The notes under the pieces are model-generated. The model was not told the DNA's origin, searched no databases, and saw only the letters and a list, made by a program, of their open reading frames with translations. Positions 44,656 through 54,715 of a stretch of 64,000 nt of DNA are shown here, one piece after another; within the stretch, counting starts at the first letter, position 1, and every line of letters begins with the position of its first letter. This stretch comes from Nocardioidaceae bacterium. GTDB lineage: Bacteria > Actinomycetota > Actinomycetes > Propionibacteriales > Nocardioidaceae. A program made the translations under genes and the position numbers. The stretch spans positions 11,536-75,535 of the forward strand of contig DATGYO010000083.1 of the NCBI GenBank assembly GCA_035297905.1. Direction: 5' to 3'.

Positions 44656-46029
44656 TCAGGCGCGGATCTCAGCGCTGATCCTGCTGAGTGCTTCGACGGT
44701 GGCGTCTACGTCCGCCTCCGTCGTGCACCAGTTGCTCAGCGAGATCCGCTGAACCTTCCTGCCCCGCCAGGTGGCAGGTGTGATCGCCGCGGTCCCGTCC
44801 GCGAGGAGTCGGCGTCCGACTTCTTCGGTCTGGTCGTCATCGCCGAAACTGGCCATGACCTGCGTGAACACGACCTCGTTGTGCACGCGGGCGCCCTCGA
44901 TCCTTCGAATTCCCTCGGCCATGCGCACGGCTCGGTCATGGAGCCGGTCGGGAAGCGCGGCCACGCCATCGGCACCCATGGCGCGAAGTGCTGCCCAAAT
45001 CGCGAACCCACGCGCGCGGCGCGACATCTCCGGCGTCTTGTCGTGGGGTTCGGAGGTGCTCCCAGGCATCAGGTAGTCGCCGTGCACACCGAACGCAGCG
45101 ACCATCGCGTCCGCATCCCGCACGATCGCCAAACCACTGTCATACGGGACGTTCAGGGTCTTGTGCGCGTCGGTGCTCCACGAGTCGGCTGCGTCGACCC
45201 CCTCGGTGAGCGTCCGAGCCCGATTCCCGGCACGCGCCCAGAGGCCGAAAGCGCCGTCGACGTGTACCCAAGCGCCGGCTTCGCGAGCCGCCGAGATCGC
45301 CGGGGCGAACTGATCAAACGCACCTGTGTGGACCTCACCGGCCTGCAGGCACACGATCGTGGGTCCTGACCCGTTGGAGAGCCGGCGCCGGAGATCCTGT
45401 ACGTCGATCCGGCCGTCCTCGTCGGTGTCGACAAGCTCCACGTTGTCGGTGCCGAGCCCGAGGTAGCGGACCGCCAGGTCGATGCTGATGTGCCGGTCGG
45501 CGCCGGCCAGGATCCTCACCGGCGGGCCGCCGGCAAGGCCCCGCGCCTCGACGTCGTGGCCGGCCTGAGCCAAGACCCGATGTCGTGCGGCACCCAGGCA
45601 GACGAAACCGCTGACGGTAGCGCCCGTCGTGAACCCCACCGCCGCCTCGCGTGGCAGGTCAAGCAGTTCGAGGATCCATCCTGCGGCCACGGTCTCGGCC
45701 GCTGATGCTGCCGGAGCGAGGTTGAGGAGGCCGGCGTTCTGGTCCCAGGCCAAGGCAAGCCAGTCCGCCCCGAGCGCCGCGGGCTGGGCTCCTCCGACGA
45801 CGAAGCCGAAGTACCTGCCACTGCCGGTCGCCGCGAGGCCCGGGTCGGCCCAGCCAGCCAGCTCCGCGACGACCTGCTCGGCGGGCAACGACTCCCGCTG
45901 GAGGGGACAGCGAAGGCGCTCGACCATCTGTTCATACGGCAACCGCCACCAGACCGGGCGACTCCGCACTCCAGCCAGGTACGAGCCGGCAAGCTCGAAT
46001 GCACGCTCGAGCGCCGGATCCGCGTCCAT
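44656..46029 (-). CDS. PLP-dependent (fold type I) decarboxylase-like enzyme
   Basis: 'STDAHKTLNVPYDSG' is a PLP-lysine motif of group II decarboxylase type. Start moved to 'MDADPALERAF'. Confidence 0.75.
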   Translation of the reverse strand: MDADPALERAFELAGSYLAGVRSRPVWWRLPYEQMVERLRCPLQRESLPAEQVVAELAGWADPGLAATGSGRYFGFVVGGAQPAALGADWLALAWDQNAGLLNLAPAASAAETVAAGWILELLDLPREAAVGFTTGATVSGFVCLGAARHRVLAQAGHDVEARGLAGGPPVRILAGADRHISIDLAVRYLGLGTDNVELVDTDEDGRIDVQDLRRRLSNGSGPTIVCLQAGEVHTGAFDQFAPAISAAREAGAWVHVDGAFGLWARAGNRARTLTEGVDAADSWSTDAHKTLNVPYDSGLAIVRDADAMVAAFGVHGDYLMPGSTSEPHDKTPEMSRRARGFAIWAALRAMGADGVAALPDRLHDRAVRMAEGIRRIEGARVHNEVVFTQVMASFGDDDQTEEVGRRLLADGTAAITPATWRGRKVQRISLSNWCTTEADVDATVEALSRISAEIRA

Positions 46030-46163
46030 GGGCACCACCCACCCAACTCTCGCACACGCCCGTCCCGCACGAGCCAGCTCGCGGGGTTCCTGGGACCCTC
46101 TCCCGCGGGGCGGTGACCTGCTCACGGCTTGCTGATCCGACGCCAAGGGATACCGTCGAGGTC

Positions 46164-47189
46164 GTGCGCGCGATCGAGTACTCCCAGACCGGTGGCCCTG
46201 ACGTCCTCGAGCTCGTGGACCGGCCGAGACCCGAGCCTGGCCCCGCCGAGGTGCGGGTCCGCATCCATCGCTCCGGTGTCAACCCCACTGACTGGAAGTC
46301 GAGACGCGGCGCCGAGGAAGGCACGCCCGTCGATCCACCGCAGGTCCCGAACCAAGATGGCGCGGGGGTGGTCGACGCCGTCGGAACGGGCGTAGAGGCC
46401 GCCCTGCTCGGCCTCAGGGTCTGGGTCTGGGAGGCGGCGCACCTTCGTCCCGCCGGCGGCACAGCGCAGGAGTACGCCGTGGTTCCGGCACGCCACGTCG
46501 TACTGCTTCCGGACGTCGCCTCGTTCGACCTCGGTGCCAGCCTCGGGGTGCCGTTCCTGACCGCACACCGGTGCCTGACCGTGACCGAGGACGGTCCCAC
46601 ACGACTCGGCCCCGGCACGATGCAGGGCCGCACGGTGCTGGTGGCAGGAGGCGCCGGTGCGGTCGGCAACGCCGCGATCCAGCTCGCCCGCTGGTCCGAC
46701 GCCACGGTCATCACGACGGTGAGCAGTCCGGAGAAGGCCAACCTCGCCGCGCGCGCGGGTGCCGATCACGTGATCGACTACAAGCACCAGGACGTCACTC
46801 GTGAGATACGAGCAATCGCGCCGGAGGGTGTGAACACGATCGTCGAGGTCTCACCGGCGGTGAACGCCGCCCTCGACGCGGCCGTCCTTGCCAGGCACGG
46901 ATCTGTGGCGGTCTACGCCAACAACGGCGGCAACACCATGGAGCTTCCCGTGCGTCCCTCGATGGTGCCGAACGTGCGCTGGCAGTTCGTCCTCGTCTAC
47001 AACGCCCCCGACACCTGGCGTGCACGTGCCCTGGAGGACGTTGCCGCAGCAGTCATGGACGGTGCCGTGTGTGTGGGCGAAGATGCGGGCCTGCCCCTGC
47101 ACCACTTCACCCTCGAGCAGGCTGCAGAAGCCCACGCGGCTGTCGAAGGCGGCGCCGTCGGCAAGGTGCTCATCGACGTCCGCCCGTGA
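46164..47189 (+). CDS. NADPH:quinone reductase-like MDR superfamily oxidoreductase
   Basis: GTG start with a GAGG SD upstream. 'VLVAGGAGAVGNAAIQLA' is the cofactor-binding glycine motif. Confidence 0.8.
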   Translation: MRAIEYSQTGGPDVLELVDRPRPEPGPAEVRVRIHRSGVNPTDWKSRRGAEEGTPVDPPQVPNQDGAGVVDAVGTGVEAALLGLRVWVWEAAHLRPAGGTAQEYAVVPARHVVLLPDVASFDLGASLGVPFLTAHRCLTVTEDGPTRLGPGTMQGRTVLVAGGAGAVGNAAIQLARWSDATVITTVSSPEKANLAARAGADHVIDYKHQDVTREIRAIAPEGVNTIVEVSPAVNAALDAAVLARHGSVAVYANNGGNTMELPVRPSMVPNVRWQFVLVYNAPDTWRARALEDVAAAVMDGAVCVGEDAGLPLHHFTLEQAAEAHAAVEGGAVGKVLIDVRP

Positions 47190-47210
47190 CCTCGACGGGC
47201 GGGCGGTCGG

Positions 47211-47999
47211 TCACCCGTCCACAGCACGTGCGGGGGACGCCGCACGCCGCACCGGAGCCACCGTCGGCACCGGTTCCCTCGTGAGGAATTCGACGATGAT
47301 GGCGTTGCACAGGTCAGGCTTCTCCTGAAGAAGGAAATGAGAGGTGCCCGGTACGACGGCGAGCTCTGCGCCGGGTATCCCCTCGTACATCGCGACCACG
47401 TGTTCCATGGTCAGGAGGTCGTCGTCGCCGAACATGACCAGGGTCCGCCTGGTCACCCTGCCGAGGTCCTCGCGCGCAAGTTCGGGCTCCTTGGCGGCCA
47501 TCTCCGCGATCTTTCTGACCACGACCGGGAAGTGCTCCTCGCCGTCGGGTGAGACCTCGCCGTAGGCGGAGCCGAGGAACTGGACCACCTGGTCGACGTC
47601 CAACTCATCCATCCCGGGCATCAGCCCGGAGTGGTGGAACCCGCCGCTGACGAGCACGAGCTTGCGCACCAGGTCGGGCCGCCGCATCGCCACGAGCATC
47701 GCGACGACCGCGCCGTCGCTGTGCCCCACCAAGTGCGCGGAGGTCACTACGACCTGTTCGAGGAAGTCGATGGTGTCGACCGCCATCGCTTCATAGGTGA
47801 TCGGCCCCGGCACGTCAGGGGTGTGCCCGTGGCCACGACGCTCCGGAGTGAAGACATGGAACCGCTCGGCGAGCGGATCGATGTTCTGCACGAAGAACCG
47901 GGCATCGACCAGGCCACCGTGCAGTAGGACGAGAGGCTCGCCGGCACCGACCTCGTCGTACCAGGTCCGGACTGCTGGGAGTTCGGCATAGCCGGGCAT
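47211..47999 (-). CDS. Alpha/beta hydrolase
   Basis: 'LVLLHGG' oxyanion region and nucleophile elbow 'VGHSDGA' (GxSxG). Start moved to 'MPGYAEL'. Confidence 0.85.
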   Translation of the reverse strand: MPGYAELPAVRTWYDEVGAGEPLVLLHGGLVDARFFVQNIDPLAERFHVFTPERRGHGHTPDVPGPITYEAMAVDTIDFLEQVVVTSAHLVGHSDGAVVAMLVAMRRPDLVRKLVLVSGGFHHSGLMPGMDELDVDQVVQFLGSAYGEVSPDGEEHFPVVVRKIAEMAAKEPELAREDLGRVTRRTLVMFGDDDLLTMEHVVAMYEGIPGAELAVVPGTSHFLLQEKPDLCNAIIVEFLTREPVPTVAPVRRAASPARAVDG

Positions 48000-48129
48000 C
48001 GCTCGCTCCCTCCGGGGATCTCCCGTCCACGCTGCAGCACGACACTGGGCGCGCGCAATGGCCCTGGGGCCAGTCGCTGACCGTTGACGAGAGGCGCGAG
48101 CGCAGCCGCCTCGGCCGGGGTTTGCCCGG

Positions 48130-48339
48130 CTACTCCCCCCGACGCTGCTCGGGAATCGTTCCACCGAGCAGCTGCCGCACTTCGGACTCGCGGTACCGCC
48201 GATGTCCTCCGAGGGTCCGGATCGACGTCAGCTTGCCGGCCTGGGCCCATCGAGTGACCGTCTTCGGGTCAACTCGGAACATGGCGGCGACTTCAGATGG
48301 CGTGAGCAGCGCATCGGTCTCCGACGGTCGCACGTTCAT
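48130..48339 (-). CDS. bldC: BldC-like MerR/excisionase-family DNA-binding protein
   Basis: 69 aa, 'LLTPSEVAAMFRVDPKTVTRWAQAGKLTSIRTLGGHRRYRESEV'. Strong SD GGGAGGGA upstream. Confidence 0.8.
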   Translation of the reverse strand: MNVRPSETDALLTPSEVAAMFRVDPKTVTRWAQAGKLTSIRTLGGHRRYRESEVRQLLGGTIPEQRRGE

Positions 48340-48666
48340 ACGTCCCTCCCTCTGTTCGGTATCCGTCCACGACCAGGCGACTGGCCCGTGGTCATGATTG
48401 TTCGAGGGTGGCACGGCACCTGTCGGCAAGCAGGCGATTTCGGATGTTCGCCCCCCATCCGCCGCGAGTCCGCCGCCACGAGGCCAAGGACGTCGACCGC
48501 TGTCCGCGCGCGGTTGACCCGCTCGCACCGCTACCGTAGCGTCGACGCTGCCGAGAGTTCTTCGAGTCCCGCTACCTTCGGGACCGTTCTCGGTTCAACA
48601 CCTCTTACGAGACCCTCGATCAAGCAGCGGTCCGGTCATCTCGGGAAACACCAGGGTGCGACGCCA

Positions 48667-49101
48667 GTGTCGCTAGTCACTTCTTCCTCCGACCGGGTAG
48701 ACCGAACCGCCGACCGCGACTCCTCAGCGCCTGGAATCGGCCCGAAGGCGACAGAGTCACTGACAGTCGAGGTCCGTACCGAGGGCATCCACCATGTCCT
48801 CACCGTCACGGGCGAGATCGACCTCGCTACCGCCCCCGAGCTCAGTGAGGTCGCCAGAGACCTCCTCGACGTCGCGAGCCACGTCGTGATCGACCTGGAC
48901 CAGGTCAGCTTCATCGACTCGACTGGGCTGAGCGTCCTCGTCGCCACCTACCGGAGGATCACCAGTCAGGGCGGCTCGATGATCCTGGTGTGCAACAGCG
49001 CCCCGGTCATGAGGGTCATGGAGATGACCGGCCTCAGCCGTGTGTTCACCTTCCGTACCGCGGACGCAGTAGACGACGGCGGGTCCGCATCCGGCGCCTA
49101 G
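48667..49101 (+). CDS. STAS-domain anti-sigma-factor antagonist
   Basis: 'LTVTGEIDLATAPEL' and 'VSFIDSTGLSVLV' (phosphorylatable Ser context). The start is non-ATG and uncertain (GTG 48667 proposed). Confidence 0.7.
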   Translation: MSLVTSSSDRVDRTADRDSSAPGIGPKATESLTVEVRTEGIHHVLTVTGEIDLATAPELSEVARDLLDVASHVVIDLDQVSFIDSTGLSVLVATYRRITSQGGSMILVCNSAPVMRVMEMTGLSRVFTFRTADAVDDGGSASGA

Positions 49102-49122
49102 GGACAGAACCGCTGACCGCCC

Positions 49123-49500
49123 TCATCTGGTCCCCGGTTCCAGATTCGACATGACGACGGAGATGGCGGCCCCCAGGGAGTCGGTGGGACTGAACTCGAC
49201 GATCCGTGCACCGTCGTGGTGCACCGGGGTATGGCCGGGAGGGACGTAGTAGGCATCGCCGCTGTGGTATCGCTCCGTGCGATCGGCGAACCGGAAGTCG
49301 ATCTGTCCCGAGATGACGTACCCCCAACGCGGGAACTGACAGCGGTCATCGGGCAGACCCCGGAACAGCGGTGCCAGGTCGGCATCCGCGGTGTGCGACT
49401 CGAAGCACACGGTGTATCCGCCTTCGAGGTTCTCCAGGTGGACCTCGAGCCCGTCCAGCATGATCGACTCTGACGCGGATTCCAGCGAGGCGTTCGGCAT
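49123..49500 (-). CDS. Cupin domain protein
   Basis: 125 aa with a perfect AAGGAGG SD upstream of ATG 49500. Beta-barrel-like 'GYVISGQIDFRF...YYVPPGHTPVH'. Confidence 0.65.
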   Translation of the reverse strand: MPNASLESASESIMLDGLEVHLENLEGGYTVCFESHTADADLAPLFRGLPDDRCQFPRWGYVISGQIDFRFADRTERYHSGDAYYVPPGHTPVHHDGARIVEFSPTDSLGAAISVVMSNLEPGTR

Positions 49501-49627
49501 GACGACCTCCTTGATCGGCTGTATCCCGCGGTCGCGGGACGATTCGAGGCTAGGAAGCCGATCGGGTCGCCGCATCGGCGAAGGCACCCACCGCTTGGTC
49601 GACGTACGAGTGGGTGGAAAGGCCCAC

Positions 49628-51265
49628 TCAGATCAGGTCGCACTCGTAGGCGAACGCGGTTGCCGCGGCACGCGAGGGCACGCCCAGCTTCGCAAGGATG
49701 TTGCTGACGTGCCGGTCGACCGTCCTCTCGCTCACCCGGAGCTCTGAGCCGATCGATCGGTTGGTCGCGCCTTGCGCCACGAGTCGCAGGACCTGCACCT
49801 CGCGGGCGGTCAGCAGGTGGTCGACGGTCGAGTCCCGATCGAGGGCCGTGCCGTCCAGCAGCGCCAGGTCAGCCCTCGCGCCGAGGGCCTCGAGGGAGGA
49901 ACGCGATGCCTCGAGCTCGAGGCTCGCTCCGTCTTCGTCGCCGAGAGCTCGGCGCGCGCGAGAGATCAGGAGGCTAGTGCGGGCTACGTCGTACGTCGCC
50001 CAGAGGGTGCGGAACGCGGAGCTGGCTCTGCGCAAGGGTCCAAGCGCAGCTGCAGCGTCCCCTTCCGCCAGGCGCACCACGCCGATCGCCCGATCAGACA
50101 CTGCTGCGAGCATCGGGGAACCGAAGAACCGCGCTAGTTCGTCCAGTTCGTCGCAGGCTGCACGAGCGGCCGGTACCTCGCCGACCGCGAGCATGACCTC
50201 CACGTAGGCGTCCAGCAACTGGGGTCGGCTCACGCGTTCGTCGGCCTCGGCAAGCGCACGGCGGATCCCACGGGCGGCAGCCTCGGCTTGGCCCCGGGCG
50301 AGCCGGAGCAGAGCGAGCCCCGGCTGCGGGTCCCTCCCGTGGTTCGCGGCCCGGCGATAGCTGCGCTCGGCAGCGTGGAAGTCGCCACGTAGCCGGTGCA
50401 GCTCGCCCTGCTGGTAGAACGCAGCGCCGAGCGCGAGCTGGCCCATCGGTGACGACAGCCGATTGCAGGCAAGGCCCGCCTGGGCCATGGCTTCCACCCA
50501 TGCCCCTCTCAGCTGAAGGAACTCTGCGCGATGGACCAGACAGAGTCCTGTGTAGGGCACGAGGTCCGGCTGTCTTTCGCACCACCGTGCGAAGGCCGCA
50601 GTCCACACGTGGCCGCGGCTCACGTCGAAAACGTCATGGCAAGCATCGATGGCGGTGCAGTAGCTGTCTCCCACCACGACCGGCGTTGTCTCCTCGGCGA
50701 CGACGGCGACCATCGCCTCGTCAAGAAGGCGGACACCCCCGCTGACGTCACCACGGAAGATCAGCACACGACCCAGGGCCAGCCGGGCGAGGGTCGAGAG
50801 GTCCACATCGCCCCACCGTTCGGCGATCCGCCCAGATCGTGCGAGGTCGGCCTCCGCCCTCGCCAGGTCGCCCGAGAAGACCGCATGCACTCCCGTCAGG
50901 TAGCTGAGCTGCGCCTGCTCACGCGTGTCATCCGGTGCGTCGCCCAGCATGCGCTCGATCCGTGCGATCCAGCCACTCGCCTCCGGCAGCTCGCCGGCGT
51001 TGAGCAAGCGAAAGGCCAGCCAGAACGCACACCTCACCGCGGCAGGGCGATCCCCTCTTTGCTGGTGGCGCTGATGCGCCCGCAGCCATGCCTGGTCGCT
51101 CGCTCGGTTCTCTCCCACCAGGAAGGCCGAGACGGCCAACCGCTCCAGGTCCGCCTCGGCCAGAGCTGACTCGGAGTCGCAGGCCGACAGGCGCTCCCAC
51201 GCCTCGCGCCAGGCCCGTTGCGAGTAGCACTCGCGGCCGCGCAGCAACCGATCGTCTTCGGACAA
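49628..51265 (-). CDS. LuxR-family transcriptional regulator with TPR-like helical N-terminal region
   Basis: C-terminal 'LTAREVQVLRLVAQGATNRSIGSELRVSERTVDRHVSNI' is a LuxR HTH. The long N-terminal region is helical-repeat-like, with no Walker motifs seen. Confidence 0.8.
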   Translation of the reverse strand: MSEDDRLLRGRECYSQRAWREAWERLSACDSESALAEADLERLAVSAFLVGENRASDQAWLRAHQRHQQRGDRPAAVRCAFWLAFRLLNAGELPEASGWIARIERMLGDAPDDTREQAQLSYLTGVHAVFSGDLARAEADLARSGRIAERWGDVDLSTLARLALGRVLIFRGDVSGGVRLLDEAMVAVVAEETTPVVVGDSYCTAIDACHDVFDVSRGHVWTAAFARWCERQPDLVPYTGLCLVHRAEFLQLRGAWVEAMAQAGLACNRLSSPMGQLALGAAFYQQGELHRLRGDFHAAERSYRRAANHGRDPQPGLALLRLARGQAEAAARGIRRALAEADERVSRPQLLDAYVEVMLAVGEVPAARAACDELDELARFFGSPMLAAVSDRAIGVVRLAEGDAAAALGPLRRASSAFRTLWATYDVARTSLLISRARRALGDEDGASLELEASRSSLEALGARADLALLDGTALDRDSTVDHLLTAREVQVLRLVAQGATNRSIGSELRVSERTVDRHVSNILAKLGVPSRAAATAFAYECDLI

Positions 51266-51382
51266 CGGGATCTCCCGGGTCTCAGGGCCCTCTTCTCAGT
51301 AAAGCCCTCGACCGGCGCCGCCACCACATGGCTGCCAGTCCAACCTTCGCCGACGACACCTGTCGTCGCCACTTCCCGGCGC

Positions 51383-52450
51383 CTAGCGACCCTCCCAGTT
51401 CGCGTGGTTCATCTTGCTCGGCTGAACGCGGGGAGGTTCCCCAGGCATCTTCGGGTAGTCGGGTGGGTAGGGCATCTCGCCCAGGCCCTGTTCCTCGTCG
51501 CGGGCGTAGAGCTCGAGCAGCGGTTCGATGGAGTAGTGCTCGGCATCGATCGTCTCGTGAGGATCCCCGGTCGATGCGAACCGCTCCGGCACCGTGTGCA
51601 GGTTGAAGGCTCGCGGGTCGACCTCGGGAAGCTCGTCCCACGTGACCGGTGTCGACACCGGCGCGCCGGGGATTGCCCGGAGGCTGTACGCGCTCGCGAT
51701 GGTGCGGTCCCGAGAGTTCTGGTTGTAGTCGACGAACACGTTCTCCCCCCGCTCCTCCTTCCACCACGCGGTCGTGACGCCCGGCGTACGACGCTCGAGC
51801 TCACGCCCGAACGCGATGGCCGCATGCCGCACGTCCGTGAAGGTCCAGCGTGGCTGGATCCGAACGTAGATGTGGACACCGCGGTTGCCGCTCGTCTTCG
51901 GGAACCCCCGCATACCGAGGTCCTCGAGCAGCTCACGAGCCACGCCGGCGATCCGGGCAGCATCGGGGAAAGAGGTACCCGGTTGAGGGTCGAGGTCGAT
52001 GCGCAGCTCGTCGGGATGGTCGACGTCGTCCCTGCGGACCGGCCAGGGATGGAACGTGAGCGTGCCCATCTGCGCCGCCCACGCGACCACGGCGGGCTCG
52101 GTCGGACAGACCTCGTCGGCGGAGCGGCCCGAGGGGAACGCGATGGTCGCGCTCTCGACGTAGGACGGAGCACCCTTGGGTATGCGTTTCTGGTAGAACG
52201 CGTCGGCCTGGTCGCCGTAACGGGTGCTCAGCTTGATGCCCTCGTGCACGCCCTTCGGCCAGCGCTCGAGCGTCGTCGGCCTGTGGTCGAGCGCCCGCAT
52301 GATGCCGGGCGCAACCGCGACGTAGTACTCGACGACCATCTGCTTGGTCGCCTCGGCGGTCGAGTTCGTCGCCGGGTAGATGACCCGGTCCGGGTTCGTC
52401 ACCCGGACAGGGCGTCCGTCTACGTCGATCTCAGTGGCTCGCGTCGGCAT
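51383..52450 (-). CDS. Stand-alone LigD-type primase-polymerase (PolDom/Prim-Pol)
   Basis: 'VRVTNPDRVIYP', 'LERWPKGV', 'PDELRIDLDP' and 'KTSGNRGVHIYV' are AEP primase-polymerase motifs as in the LigD Pol domain. There is no ligase domain. Confidence 0.8.
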   Translation of the reverse strand: MPTRATEIDVDGRPVRVTNPDRVIYPATNSTAEATKQMVVEYYVAVAPGIMRALDHRPTTLERWPKGVHEGIKLSTRYGDQADAFYQKRIPKGAPSYVESATIAFPSGRSADEVCPTEPAVVAWAAQMGTLTFHPWPVRRDDVDHPDELRIDLDPQPGTSFPDAARIAGVARELLEDLGMRGFPKTSGNRGVHIYVRIQPRWTFTDVRHAAIAFGRELERRTPGVTTAWWKEERGENVFVDYNQNSRDRTIASAYSLRAIPGAPVSTPVTWDELPEVDPRAFNLHTVPERFASTGDPHETIDAEHYSIEPLLELYARDEEQGLGEMPYPPDYPKMPGEPPRVQPSKMNHANWEGR

Positions 52451-52500
52451 GCGGCCAATCTAGAGGGCTGCGGTTCGCGAAGACACGTGGATCGCCCATG

Positions 52501-54048
52501 TCAGCCAACGGGCGGCACCGGCCCGAAGTCCTGGCGGCAGCCCTTCCCGGAGCAGTGCTTCAGGACCTGGGTGCGCCCTTGCAGCTCTCGCTGCACGGCG
52601 CGGTAGGCCGGATCACCCGCGACATTCGTCAGCTCGTGCGGGTCGCGCCGGCGGTCGTAGAGCTCGACGCCGTACCGGGAGTACTCGACGTACGTGTACC
52701 TCTGGGTGCGCACCCCGCGGTAGGACCAACCCACGCTGTCGGGTTCGCCGAGCCTCGGCCCGTCCTGGATGAGCAGGTCCTGCCAGCCCTCGGCGGCGTT
52801 GTGGCGCGCGAGCGGCAGGAGGCTTCGCCCGTCGAGCGGCACCGTGGGCCGTGCGTCGGCCACATCCACGAACGTCGGCGCCAGGTCGACCGTGGCAACG
52901 GTGTCGTCACGGGTCACGCCCCGCGGGAGCCCGGGCCCCCGGACGATCAGCGGCACCTGCAGCGCCTGCTCGTAGGGGACGTCCTTGCCCTTCCAGCGAT
53001 GCTCGCCGAGCGAGAAGCCGTTGTCGGAGGTGAAGAGGACGACGGTGTTGCGCAGCTGGCCGGTGGCCCGCAGCACGCGGATCGTGCGCGCCACGGCCTG
53101 GTCCACCGACTGCAGCGCCTGGATGCGGCGGGTGAAGTTCAGCTGCAGCTCCTCACGCCGTTGCTGCGAGGTGGACAGACCTGTCAGATAGGCCGGCTTG
53201 TCGCTGACGTCCTGCTCGAGGAAGGCGGGGTCGCGGAAGGACGGCGGCTGCACGGTCCGGAACAGCCCGGCGTGCCGACGCGCGGGGACGGGAGGTCCCC
53301 AGCACGAAGGGCCGCCGTTCGGGACGCAGGCGCTGTGCGGGGCAACATGCGCCTGCCAGAGGAAGAACGGCTGACGCCGTGCGGCGAACTTGCGCACGAG
53401 CCTCGCGGTCTCACCGGCCAGGTAGTCCGACACGTGGACGTGCGGGTGATGGTGGATGACCTTGTTGTCACGCGTGGAGAAGTCGTAGTACTGGTACGCC
53501 CCGCGGTCTTCGAGCAGCGGGTGCCACTCGTTCCACCCCGGAATGCGGCGGCTCTTGCTGCGGTAGCCGTTGAGGAACTTGCCGATGAAGGCGGTGTGGT
53601 AGCCCGCCTTCTGGAGCCACGGGCCGATGGTGTCGCGGTAGCTGTTCATGGCGCGATACCCGCCGTGCGGGTGGCCCTCGTTGGTCCGGACACCGTTGTT
53701 CTGCGCGAACTGTCCGGTGAGGATCTCGGCGCGGGCCGGGCAGCACAACGGGTGAGGCGAGACCGAGTCGGTGAACGTCACCCCGGCGTCCCCGAGGAGA
53801 CGTCTGGTCCGTGGCATCCACCGCATGTCGGAGTCGGCCTCGTCGTCGGTCGTGATCAGCACGATGTTGGGCCGCGTCCTGTGCTGACCCCCCGACGGGT
53901 GGGTCGAGGCCGCCATCGGGCCCTGGGTCGCAGTCGGGTGCGGCGGCTCGACGGGAGGTGCCGCGCTGTGCGTGACCGGTGAGAAGCCGCTGACCAGCGC
54001 GACGGCGGCGACCGCCCCGACCAGACCGATGACTAGGCGACGCGGCAT
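52501..54048 (-). CDS. Secreted Cys-type sulfatase
   Basis: Signal peptide 'MPRRLVIGLVGAVAAVALVSG'. 'VLITTDDE' and the formylglycine motif 'CCPARAEILTG' (CxPxR). Start moved to ATG 54048. Confidence 0.85.
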   Translation of the reverse strand: MPRRLVIGLVGAVAAVALVSGFSPVTHSAAPPVEPPHPTATQGPMAASTHPSGGQHRTRPNIVLITTDDEADSDMRWMPRTRRLLGDAGVTFTDSVSPHPLCCPARAEILTGQFAQNNGVRTNEGHPHGGYRAMNSYRDTIGPWLQKAGYHTAFIGKFLNGYRSKSRRIPGWNEWHPLLEDRGAYQYYDFSTRDNKVIHHHPHVHVSDYLAGETARLVRKFAARRQPFFLWQAHVAPHSACVPNGGPSCWGPPVPARRHAGLFRTVQPPSFRDPAFLEQDVSDKPAYLTGLSTSQQRREELQLNFTRRIQALQSVDQAVARTIRVLRATGQLRNTVVLFTSDNGFSLGEHRWKGKDVPYEQALQVPLIVRGPGLPRGVTRDDTVATVDLAPTFVDVADARPTVPLDGRSLLPLARHNAAEGWQDLLIQDGPRLGEPDSVGWSYRGVRTQRYTYVEYSRYGVELYDRRRDPHELTNVAGDPAYRAVQRELQGRTQVLKHCSGKGCRQDFGPVPPVG

Positions 54049-54248
54049 CTGCAAGGCTCCCCCGGCTCGGGCTCCCGTCCTATCTGGCCCGAGAGGTGGA
54101 GTCGGCGCACTTTCCGCCGACCCCGAGTGCGACTCACAAAGGTCACACCGACACCAATTGTCCCAACCATCACGCGGAAACGGGGGCATTTGTCGAGATT
54201 GCCTGCACCCACACGCCGTGCTTTGCGCGCCTGAGTAGCGTTGAGCTC

Positions 54249-54653
54249 ATGGGTTACCAGGTCAAGAAGAGCGACGAGGAGTGGCGCAAGGAGCTCTCTC
54301 CTCAGGAGTACGCCGTGCTGCGGCAGGCCGGTACCGAACCGGCCTTCACCGGCGAGTACACCGACACGAAGACCACCGGCGTCTACCGCTGCCGGGCATG
54401 CCAGACAGAGCTTTTCCGCTCCGACACCAAGTTCGAGTCCCACTGCGGCTGGCCGTCGTTCTACGCACCGCTGGCCGAGGAGCGTGTGGAGTACATCGAG
54501 GACAGCTCGTTCGGGATGAAGCGCGTCGAGGTGCGCTGCGCCAGCTGCGGCTCCCACCTCGGACACGTCTTCGAGGGCGAGGGCTACGGCACCCCCACCG
54601 ACCAGCGCTACTGCATCAACTCGATCAGCCTGACTCTCGAGCCCAGCGAGTGA
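54249..54653 (+). CDS. msrB: Peptide-methionine (R)-S-oxide reductase
   Basis: Two CxxC zinc pairs ('CRAC', 'CASC'), the resolving/catalytic region 'HCGWPSF', and 'RYCINS'. 134 aa. Confidence 0.95.
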   Translation: MGYQVKKSDEEWRKELSPQEYAVLRQAGTEPAFTGEYTDTKTTGVYRCRACQTELFRSDTKFESHCGWPSFYAPLAEERVEYIEDSSFGMKRVEVRCASCGSHLGHVFEGEGYGTPTDQRYCINSISLTLEPSE

Positions 54654-54658
54654 AGCAC

Positions 54659-54704
54659 GACGTCAGACACCCCGGTCGCAGTAGCGGCCGGGGTGTCTGA
54701 CGTC
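54659..54704. terminator. Bidirectional terminator hairpin between msrB and hemQ
   Basis: 17-bp perfect stem GACGTCAGACACCCCGG/CCGGGGTGTCTGACGTC. It extends by 4 more pairs to an AGTA tetraloop. Starts 6 nt after the msrB stop. Confidence 0.75.
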
Positions 54705-54715
54705 CGCGGAAAGGG

